A stretch of 64,000 nt of DNA from contig CAWAUV010000008.1 in NCBI GenBank assembly GCA_963785305.1, forward strand, positions 1,184,001-1,248,000, read 5' to 3'. The DNA comes from an uncultured Planctomycetaceae bacterium. GTDB taxonomy: Bacteria; Planctomycetota; Planctomycetia; Pirellulales; PALSA-1355. Positions within the stretch are counted from its first letter, which is position 1. The number at the start of each line of letters is the position of its first letter. The notes under the pieces were generated by a model. The model saw only the letters and a program-made list of their open reading frames with translations. It did no database searches and had not been told where the DNA came from. Below are positions 55,709-64,000 of this stretch, in pieces. The position numbers were made by a program, and so were the translations under genes.

Positions 55709-57943
55709 ATGGCTGAAGCATTCGACCCCTATCTCTCGTGGCTCGGCATTCGTTCGCCGGAGCGGCCGCCCAATCATTATCGGCTGCTCGGAATCGAGAT
55801 GTTCGAGACCAGCGCCGATGTGATCGCGACCGCGGCCGATCGGCAAATGGCCCATGTGCGCACCTTCCAGTCGGGCAAGCAGGGCGAGCTATCGCAGCGA
55901 GTGTTGAACGAGCTCGCCGCCGCCCGGGTGTGCCTGCTCAATCCGGCCAAGAAGCAGCGCTACGACGAGCTCCTCCGCGGCAGCGCGGCGCGGGCCGCGG
56001 CCGAGGGCGTCGGCGTCAGGGCATCGACTGCCGCGGCATCGCAACCCGCGGCCAGCGGGCGGTCGAGCGCGACGGTCGCGGAAAAGCCGGCCGGTTTTGC
56101 CGTTGATTTTCGGGCCGATGGGTACAAGAGCGCCCGCGGCCGCCGGAAGAAACAGCGGACAAGCCTCGCGCCGCTGGTGATGGGAGCGATTGGAATCGTC
56201 GTTTTAGCCGGCGCCGGCCTCGCCTATTGGAACATGGCCCAGCCGGCGCCTGTTGCCCAAAGCGATTCCGCGCCGAAAGCGGCCGCGGGCGCAAACGCCA
56301 AGGCAAAGCCGAGCGAGGAAAAGTCGCGGAGCCAACAACCCACCGCGCAGGCGGTCAACCCAGCGGGCGGCGCCGATCACGCAACCGCTCCCCGCACCGA
56401 GTCGCTCGACGAACCGCCGAAAAGGTCCGATCCCGTCAAGGAGGCCGATTCGGGTGTTCGCGTGGCCCAGGCCATTGGTCCTCTGAAGGAAAAAGACAAG
56501 ATTCGCCCGAAGCAACTCATCGAGCCGAGCGTCGAGGAGCCGAAAGAGACCACGACGGCGAAGCCTCAGGAAAGCGAAGCGCCCGCGGCCCAGGCGTCGG
56601 CGATGGTGGGCGTCGAGAAGCGGTTGCCTGCGCCCAGCGCCGATGAAATCGCCGCCGCGAGCAAGAAGATTAAATCGATCTTCGCGAAGGAATTTGCCGG
56701 GGCGACGACTGCCGAACGTCGCGAAGAGCTTGCCCAAACACTGCTCAAGCAGGGCGACGAGGAACGCGATTCGACCAGTCAATATGCGCTTTGGGACGCG
56801 GCCCGCGAACTCGCGCTGCGAGCGGGCAAGCCATCGCTCGCGGTTGACGCGGCCGAGCGACTGGTAATGCGGTTTCAGTTGGACCGTCTGCATGAAGTGA
56901 CGGAAACCCTCGTCGATGGCGCCAAGACCACTCGCGATCCGGCGGTCGCCACCGCGATTGGTTTGCAAATGATGGAAACCATCGACACCGCCGCGAGCGC
57001 CGAGCGATTCGAAGAGGCAATTCGCTTGGCTCAGGCGGCGATTGTGCTCGCCAACAAAATCCATAGCCCGGAGTCGGCGAAGCTGGTGTCCGCGCGGCTC
57101 AAAGCCTTGCAAGAACAGCAAAAAGCGTTTGACGCCGCGGCTACCGCTCGCGAGACGCTGGCGAGCAATCCCAGCGACGCCGAGGCGAACTTGGTTCTCG
57201 GCCGGTATCTGTGCCTTGTGAAATCGGATTGGAAAACCGGCCTGCCGCTCTTGGCCAAAGCCGACGACGCGGGCCTCGCGGCTTGTGCGAAGCAAGACGC
57301 GGCCGAACCCAAAAAACCGGCCGAGCAAGTCAAGCTGGCGGATTCTTGGTTCGAATACCGCAAAGCCGCGAAGAGCAAGCTGCGAGATATCGCCTCGGAT
57401 CGCGCGAAATATTGGTATGAGAAGGCGATTCCGTCGCTCGCTGGTTTGGAAAAAACACAAGCCGCGAAGCGGGTCGAGGAACTACAAAGCAGCTCCAGCA
57501 GTTCGCGCGGGCCGGATGAACTATTGTCGCTACGTGCAAGCTTCACGATGTCGTCTCAGTGGCCGGAGCGAGGACAATCGCCCGCTTTGCTCACGGGAGT
57601 CGGACCCCTATTCGACAATAATGAATTCGCATGCCACTCGGGCGAGAACGATCTCGGCGCGCATTTGACGATTGATCTGCACGCGAGCGCGTCGATTACG
57701 CGAATCGAAATCGAGAATCGCCGCCAAGCGGCGCTTTTTGAAAGGTTCGTTGGCGCGGGTGTCTGGATATCGAGCTCACCCCAGCAGCGCGGACGCCAAG
57801 TGGCCACGATCACGTCGGCCGAGCAGATTTATAATCTGCGACTACCAGAACCGATTCGCGGCCGGTATATCACGGTCGGTTTTCCGGAAAAGACTCCCGG
57901 CTTCGTCTGTTTATTCAGCGTGAAAATCTACGGTCACAAGTGA
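55709..57943 (+). CDS. Planctomycete membrane protein: J-like N-terminal domain, TM helix, helical repeats, C-terminal discoidin/F-type-lectin-like domain
   Basis: FDPYLSWLGI...PPNHYRLLG...KKQRYD (no HPD); TM LVMGAIGIVVLAGAGLAYW; LGRYLCLVKSDWKTGLPLL; CHS...LTIDL...IEIENR...GRYITV. Confidence 0.8.
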   Translation: MAEAFDPYLSWLGIRSPERPPNHYRLLGIEMFETSADVIATAADRQMAHVRTFQSGKQGELSQRVLNELAAARVCLLNPAKKQRYDELLRGSAARAAAEGVGVRASTAAASQPAASGRSSATVAEKPAGFAVDFRADGYKSARGRRKKQRTSLAPLVMGAIGIVVLAGAGLAYWNMAQPAPVAQSDSAPKAAAGANAKAKPSEEKSRSQQPTAQAVNPAGGADHATAPRTESLDEPPKRSDPVKEADSGVRVAQAIGPLKEKDKIRPKQLIEPSVEEPKETTTAKPQESEAPAAQASAMVGVEKRLPAPSADEIAAASKKIKSIFAKEFAGATTAERREELAQTLLKQGDEERDSTSQYALWDAARELALRAGKPSLAVDAAERLVMRFQLDRLHEVTETLVDGAKTTRDPAVATAIGLQMMETIDTAASAERFEEAIRLAQAAIVLANKIHSPESAKLVSARLKALQEQQKAFDAAATARETLASNPSDAEANLVLGRYLCLVKSDWKTGLPLLAKADDAGLAACAKQDAAEPKKPAEQVKLADSWFEYRKAAKSKLRDIASDRAKYWYEKAIPSLAGLEKTQAAKRVEELQSSSSSSRGPDELLSLRASFTMSSQWPERGQSPALLTGVGPLFDNNEFACHSGENDLGAHLTIDLHASASITRIEIENRRQAALFERFVGAGVWISSSPQQRGRQVATITSAEQIYNLRLPEPIRGRYITVGFPEKTPGFVCLFSVKIYGHK

Positions 57944-57965
57944 CCGTCGCGAAGGCGCTCGGCGG

Positions 57966-58859
57966 CTACACCACATCGGCAAAAGACTTTTCCATTCGCC
58001 GAAAGTAGAACAACCCGCCGATGAGCAGCGCCGCCGTCATGCCGACGGACACGGCCAACTGCCACCCCGGCGCTTCGGCCGACCCCAGCAGTGCCCAACG
58101 AAAGCCCTCGACCACGCCGGTCATGGGATTCAACCCGAACAGTGTGCGGTAGCGCTCGGGCACGATATCGCTGGTATAGGCCACGGGGGTCACGAACAGC
58201 CAGAATCGCGACAGAAACGGGATCGTGTACCGCACATCGCGAAATTGCACATTGAGCGCCGAGAGCCAAAGCCCCACCGCCAGGGCCGTGGCCAGGGCGA
58301 GCAACACGAACAGCGGCAGTGTCACGATGGCCGCGCCGGGCGCCACGCCATACCATAGCATCATCGCCGCGAGAATCACCAGCGAGATCGCGAAGTCGAC
58401 CAGGCCCGAAGCCACGGCCGAAAGCGGGATCACGAGCCGCGGGAAATAAACTTTGGTAATCAGCCGCTCGCTGGCCACCAGACTATTGCCGCACTGAGTG
58501 AGCGAATATTCGAAAAGCTGCCAGGGCAGGAGCGCGCAGAATGTGAGCAGCGGGTAGGGAATCGTGCTGCGTTCATCGAGCCCGGCCAGTCGACCGAAAA
58601 AAATGGTGAACGCCACCATCGTCAACAGCGGCTGAAGCACGGCCCACGCCGCGCCGAGCGCCGTCTGTTTGTAACGCACCTTGATATCGCGCACCGACAT
58701 GAACCATAGCAACTCGCGGTAGCGCCACAGTTCTTTCAGATCGAGGGGGCGCCAGCCGGGGCGGGCTTCGATGATCGTCACCGGCGACGACGCTTCCGCG
58801 GCCGAGTTCGAGGCGGGGGCGACATTCGGCGGCGGTGTGAGCTCGGTGGTCATGGACAC
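57966..58859 (-). CDS. wzm: Polysaccharide ABC exporter permease
   Basis: RDIKVRYKQTALGAAWAVLQPL, LITKVYFPR, FRDV, LNPMTGVVEGFR. Confidence 0.95.
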   Translation of the reverse strand: MSMTTELTPPPNVAPASNSAAEASSPVTIIEARPGWRPLDLKELWRYRELLWFMSVRDIKVRYKQTALGAAWAVLQPLLTMVAFTIFFGRLAGLDERSTIPYPLLTFCALLPWQLFEYSLTQCGNSLVASERLITKVYFPRLVIPLSAVASGLVDFAISLVILAAMMLWYGVAPGAAIVTLPLFVLLALATALAVGLWLSALNVQFRDVRYTIPFLSRFWLFVTPVAYTSDIVPERYRTLFGLNPMTGVVEGFRWALLGSAEAPGWQLAVSVGMTAALLIGGLFYFRRMEKSFADVV

Positions 58860-58963
58860 GGTTTGTTTTCGGTGTCTAAAAGGCCGGGAGGCGGCCGGGA
58901 TTCAATAATTTCGCGTGCTTCGTCTTCACTTGATCGACGATTGCTCATTCGCCTCGGCGGCGC

Positions 58964-60074
58964 TTAAGGGGGAGGAGAGGCTCGGTCGGCCAGACGTTCG
59001 AGCGCCGCGGACAGCCCGGCGGCGTCGCCCACGGCTACCCGTTCGTACACCCCGCCGCTCGTTCGCGCCGGGTCGCGGCAAATGCGGTCCACGTCGGAGG
59101 CCGCTCCTCCGATGAATAATACGTCGCGACCCGACGCCGCGCAGCCATGCACTTTCGACGGCAGCACATATCCGATAAACGCGTCGCTCAGCGTAATCAG
59201 ATGCGCGTCGGGCGTCACCAGCAAACGGTTCAGCAGGTCGAGAGGAACCGGCTGGCTCCGCAGCACCGGCAGTCCCATGGCCCGGAGGCGCCGCTCGACA
59301 TGGTCGGCCTTGACGCCGATCGCGTTGAGCCACAGCGCCACGCGACCGCTGCCCTGGCGATGATGGAGCTCATAGCCGGCCAGCAGCGTTTCATGGTCGT
59401 GGGCCACGCCGAAGTTGCCCGAATAGAGCAAGATAGTCTTGCCGGCCAGTTCGCCGGGGCGCGCGAGCGGGGCGGCTTGAGGATCGATCGGCGTGGGCGC
59501 GGGTCGGGCTTGAGCTCGATTCGCTCTGGTGGAATCCCGATCTCGAGCAACCGCTCGCGTTGATCGTGGCCGAGCACTTCGAACCGGTCGACGCGGCGGC
59601 GCCAGAACAGGGTCAAGCGATAAAACAGCCGCAGCGGCAGATACGAACGCGGCAGCCCGGCCATGAGGCACTCGGGATGAAAATCGGTGATGCGATAGAC
59701 CAACCGCTTGCGAAACATCAGGTTCAGCGGGGCGATGTAGTGCAAGAGAAACGGCGGGCTGCCGGTAAACACGATCTCGTCGCAGGCGAGCAACTCGCGG
59801 CGCACGCTCCCGAGGAGCCGGGCATTGGTCCAAAGCGTCCAAGGCAGCCGCTTGAGGAATCGCCCGCGATCGAGCATTTTGGTGCGAAGCCGCAAAATGC
59901 CGAGCTCGCCCTGGCCCAACGGGCGGCATTCGCGCGAGTCGGCCGTCGACGAGAGTCCGGCGAGCAGCACTTTATCGCCGCGCTCGGCGCCTCGGCGGCG
60001 AAGAGCAGGCTGTATTGCCCCACGGCCCCGAAGTCGGGCGGCAACCAGTCGCAAAGATAAACCACGTTGGCCAT
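58964..60074 (-). CDS. GT-B glycosyltransferase (WcaI/GT4-like), multiple frameshifts
   Basis: WLPPDFGAVGQY, FTGSPPF, YRITDFHPE, LYSGNFGVAHD and VLPSK across frames. Confidence 0.8.
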
Positions 60075-60247
60075 GGAAATAAGCGGCGGGATGGATGGAG
60101 GTCGACCGCGAGCTCGACGCGAATTCGGCGCCCGGCAAAACAGGGCTCGCGGGTCGCTGGCCCATTATCCGGGGGATATGGGCCGATCCGGCGCCCAACG
60201 GGAGCAGCAAGGCCGGAATCGCACGAGCCGAGCGGCGCCGGTCACAT

Positions 60248-61252
60248 TCACGGGCCCGCCGGGGCGAGTGTCTGGCCGCGCACACGGCGGTAGTCCTCGA
60301 GGATCCAGGCGTAGGTTTTTTGCATGCCGTCGACAAGGCGAATCGATGGCGCCCAGCCGAGCAGTTGCTCGATCTTGGCATTGTCGCTATTGCGTCCGTT
60401 GACGCCCTTGGGCGCCGAGAGATCATAGCGCCGCTTGAGCTTGAGGCCGGCGATCCGTTCGACGATATCGACCAGCCCATTGATCGTGACCAACTCGCTC
60501 GAGCCGAGATTGAGCGGCTCGGCGACTTCGGATCGCATGATTCGCTGGATGCCATCGAGGCAGTCGTCGATATAGGTGAAGCTGCGCGTCTGCTCGCCGT
60601 CGCCCCAGATTTCGATTTCGTGGCGACCGCTTTGCTTTGCCTCGATCACTTTGCGGCAAATGGCGGCCGGCGCCTTTTCGCGTCCGCCTTCCCAAGTGCC
60701 CAAAGGACCGTAGACATTGTGAAACCGAGCCACGCGGGTCACGAGCCCGTAGTCTTCGGTAAAGTGGCGGCACATGCGCTCGGAAAATAGCTTTTCCCAG
60801 CCGTAGCCATCTTCGGGCAAGGCGGGGTAGGCGTCTTCTTCGCGCAGCGGGGTCACGCGCGGGTCGCGTTGTTTGTTGGCGTTGTAGACACAGGCCGACG
60901 AAGCGTAGAAGTAGCGACCCACGCCGGCGGCTCTCGCGGCCAGCAGCAGATGGGTATTGATGAGCACCGAGAGCATGCACTCGGCTTTGTGAGTCTCGAT
61001 AAAGCCCATGCCACCCATGTCGGCGGCGAGATTGTACACTTCGTCGACGCCTCGGCAGGCAGTCAAGCAGGCGTCGCGATCGCGCAGATCGGCCTCGATG
61101 TTCTCCACGTCGTCGAAGGCTTGATACCATTCGGCGACGGGCTTGATGTCGACGCCGCGAATTCGCGCTCGGCCCGCGCGGCGCAATTCCGCGATCAAGT
61201 GGCCGCCGATGAATCCGCCTCCGCCAGCTACTAAGATTGTTTTTGCGGTCAT
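60248..61252 (-). CDS. NAD-dependent epimerase, GDP-mannose 3,5-epimerase-like
   Basis: GGGGFIG, NLAADMGGMGFI, YASSACVY, YGWEK, RFHNVYGP.GTW.GGREKAPAAICRK. Confidence 0.88.
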   Translation of the reverse strand: MTAKTILVAGGGGFIGGHLIAELRRAGRARIRGVDIKPVAEWYQAFDDVENIEADLRDRDACLTACRGVDEVYNLAADMGGMGFIETHKAECMLSVLINTHLLLAARAAGVGRYFYASSACVYNANKQRDPRVTPLREEDAYPALPEDGYGWEKLFSERMCRHFTEDYGLVTRVARFHNVYGPLGTWEGGREKAPAAICRKVIEAKQSGRHEIEIWGDGEQTRSFTYIDDCLDGIQRIMRSEVAEPLNLGSSELVTINGLVDIVERIAGLKLKRRYDLSAPKGVNGRNSDNAKIEQLLGWAPSIRLVDGMQKTYAWILEDYRRVRGQTLAPAGP

Positions 61253-61327
61253 GTCCGGTATGCTTGTCGGGTTTTCAACGAGGAAGAAGATTTCGCCGCG
61301 ATGTTATAGGCGGATCGCGCGGGGCGT

Positions 61328-62964
61328 TTAGAGTTTGCTGGTTGGCTTGCTGGCGGCCCAATCCTCGCTCGGCCCCATTGCGCCCGCCGGCGCGGCGGAG
61401 CGCGGCCCCTCGCCCAGCGGCGGGACAAGCGGAGCGGGCGTGGCAATCGGCGCGAGCGCGGCGAGCGGTCCCGAACCCGACGCGGCGTTGGCCCGCGACA
61501 CCGCGACCTGTTCGCTCACGATCTCCGAGAGTCGGCACTCGAAGGGATAGAGAAAATCCATCAAGCGATCGATCACTTCGCATGCGCTCGAGTGGTCGCG
61601 TTGGCCGGTGATGGTCAAGCGGCCCAACACCTGTTCGCCGGCAAAGAGCGGAATTTCCGTGCGCCAAACCCGGCTCGCCTCACAGCGAATCGGGCTCGCC
61701 CACGAGGCATGGTAGCCCTCGTGACAGGCGGGCATGTTCACATCGAGTCGAATCGAATGCAGGTTGAATTTATCGGTAAACTCGAGCAAGCCGCTCCAAA
61801 GTTGGTCCCAGGGACGCGTGCCCTGAAGTCGCACCGCCGCATGGTGCCCGGCGCGTGTCGAGCGCCGACATATCCCAGCACATTGCCGCCGAAGCGGCGC
61901 ATCGAATTCGACAAAAGCTGCAATTCAACGTGACCGAATACCCGAGTCGAAATTAGAGTGCCCATCACGCAAAACGAAGTGACGAGCGCCACCAGATCGT
62001 TTTTGAGCCATAAGCTGATGACGGCCCCGACCGAAGTCACGAAGCAACACGAGCCGATCCAAAACAGAGTGCGAAGCGAGCTGCCCGATCGGGCCATGAG
62101 TCGATGATGCAAGTGGCCTCGGTCCGAGGCGTAGATGCTTCGGCCGGTAAGTTTGCGTCGCAAAATGGCGGCGGTCGAGTCGAAAATCGGAATCGTCCAG
62201 ACCGCGAGCGGGGCGGCGAATGCCACGGTGGCCGGCCCCTTGAGCGTGCTTCGAATCGCCAGCGCGCCGATAATGAGGCCAATGAGCATGCTGCCCGCGT
62301 CGCCCAGGAACATGCGGGCGGGCGGCAAGTTGAATCGCAAAAAGCCGCACAGGCTCCCGACCAGCGCGGCGATCACCAGCGATTCCATGTAGCGTCCGCA
62401 GAGCAAGGCGGCGACACCGAGCGTGACACTTAGAATCACGCCCACGGTGGTGGCGAGGCCATCGATGCCATCGAGCAAGTTGAGCGAGTTCATCGCGCCG
62501 ACGAGCCAGAAGAGAGTGAACGGTTTGGAGAACCAGCCGAGATCGATCACCTGGTTAAAGAGACTGATCTCGCGGATTTCGAGCCCCGTGGCGACCAGGG
62601 TTGCTCCGGCGAGGAGTTGTCCGAAGAGCTTATGCCAACCGCGGAGATTCACGCGATCGTCGATCAAGCCGATGATCATAATGACGGTGCTGGCCCAGAG
62701 CAGATTCAAGAGCTCCGGCCATTCGCGGCGGAGCAGGGTGCCGCAGGGCTCGCGGAGCCACATGCCGACAAATACCGCCATCCACAGGCCGACGAAGATG
62801 CTCACACCCCCGCCCAGCGGAATCGGGCGATTGTGCAGTTTGCGATGGCCATCGGGGCGATCCGTGATTTTGAAACGCCACGCCAACGCGGCAACCGTTG
62901 GCGTCACCGCCAAGGTTGTCACGAAACCAACGGCGGCCAGCAGCAGTAGCCCCCAGTTGCTCAT
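61328..62964 (-). CDS. wecA: WecA/TagO-like undecaprenyl-phosphate GlcNAc-1-P transferase with C-terminal extension (frameshift near 61830)
   Basis: DRPDGHRKLH..PIPLGGG, GLIDD, NSLNLLDGIDGL, FLGDAGS, DRGHLHHRL. Confidence 0.9.
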
Positions 62965-63666
62965 CGCGCTCCGGTCGCTCGTTAAATACGTGGCAAAATG
63001 CCGCCCTGCGTCGGACGGCTAAACCCTTGTCTCGCGCGCCGCCGCGTCGATTTTTCGATCACCATAAAACAGAGAATCTCCGTTTAGCCTTCGCCCCATT
63101 CTCTCCCATAAGGGAAAGGGAGGAGAGGTGGAAGTCGTCAAAAAAGCTTAGCGTGGCAAAACAGCCACGTCGAAGTAAATACGCGACGTAGCCGCCCCGG
63201 GACCGCGAAGTAAGATGGGATATTCCGTCGGCGCCGATTTTGCTGACCCTGCGGCCAGCCAGCGCCGACCGCGCGAACCGATGGCCCTTGAACCTCGTTT
63301 CGCGAACCTGTTCCAAAACACGTCGCCTTGTGCCTTTTGGTTCGCGGCCGGCGAAAAAACCACCCGCTCCGAACAAAAAGTCCACCGCGCTCGATGCTGC
63401 GCTTCGGTCCGTAGAGGCTTCATTCCGGGACAAGAAACGCTACTATGCAATGTAAACGCACGACATGCCCGATTCAAGCCAACGGATGGCCGCATTTCCC
63501 TATTTCGGCGGTGGCGAACTCGGTGGCGCTGGTGAGCTAAACTGATGACAGGGAGCCGGTTTACGGAAACCAGGGCCTCGCGGCCCGACGCCAACCACAG
63601 GCGACCGTATTTTTTCTCGGTTAGCCTCCGGCGGGCTGTTTTGTTCAAATTGCATGAGAAATCGTA

Positions 63667-64000
63667 ATGTCTGAGCCCAACGCTCCCTCTTCGACACTCG
63701 ACGCTCCGCCCATGGACGCCTTTCCGCGCGGCCGTCGGCGACCCGCGCTTGGTGCTCATTTTCGACGGCGAATGTAAATTTTGCCTCGCCAGCGTCCGGC
63801 GGCTACTCGATTGGGATCGCGGTCGGCGGGTAGCCTACTTATCATTGCATGACTCCGAGGTCTACCTGCGCTATCCCGACTTGAAATTCGACGACCTGAT
63901 GCGAAGCATGGTGCTGGTCGACCCGCAGGGAGGGCGACATGCCGGAGCGGCCGCGGCGCGAGTGCTGTCGCGATCCATTCCGAGGCTCTGGCCGTTAGCC
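63667..64000 (+). CDS. DCC1-like thiol-disulfide oxidoreductase (DUF393), 3'-partial, frameshift near start
   Basis: Manual translation gives LVLIFDGECKFCLASVRRLLDWD...YLSLHD...MVLVD; not in the supplied ORF track. Confidence 0.85.

Noticed and set aside
63500..63600. CTGATGAC-containing segment resembling a fluoride riboswitch
   Set aside because: It lacks the GGNGATGGNGTTC...AACC and GACTCCTAC pseudoknot elements, and the downstream gene is not fluoride-related.
62965..63660. ops/JUMPstart element or c-di-GMP riboswitch upstream of the polysaccharide operon
   Set aside because: No GGCGGTAG on the coding strand and no convincing GEMM motif found by eye.

Overview
High-GC bacterial chromosomal window, very probably from a Planctomycetota (Pirellulales-like) genome. 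The lineage call rests on an ECF sigma/Ser-Thr kinase pair, DUF1552/DUF1592 genes, a BBP7-like beta-barrel and an 'FDPY..WLGI' J-like protein. About half of the genes carry single-base frameshifts, including housekeeping genes, which points to an unpolished long-read assembly rather than real pseudogenes. Left to right: a kinase-linked ECF sigma module with a divergent EF-hand protein; desaturase-panC-lgt(PDZ) divergent from a catalytically degenerate FabF-like protein; transaldolase; CstA; a DUF1552/DUF1592/HMA operon; an IS66 (ISBst12-type) without target duplication joining a truncated DUF1348 gene to a probable integrase stub next to the tmRNA (tag AEGNFALAA); aguBA; an ArsR-SRPBCC-DUF899 operon; rtcB; cyclophilin; lctP; and a ~19 kb surface-polysaccharide locus (wecA, GDP-mannose 3,5-epimerase-like, wzm/wzt, methyltransferases, GT11, gmhB-tal). 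In that locus wzm and wzt are separated by an inverted gene ending in an F-type-lectin-like domain. No CRISPR array, rRNA or tRNA was seen. Family calls come from motif recognition by eye, not from database searches.
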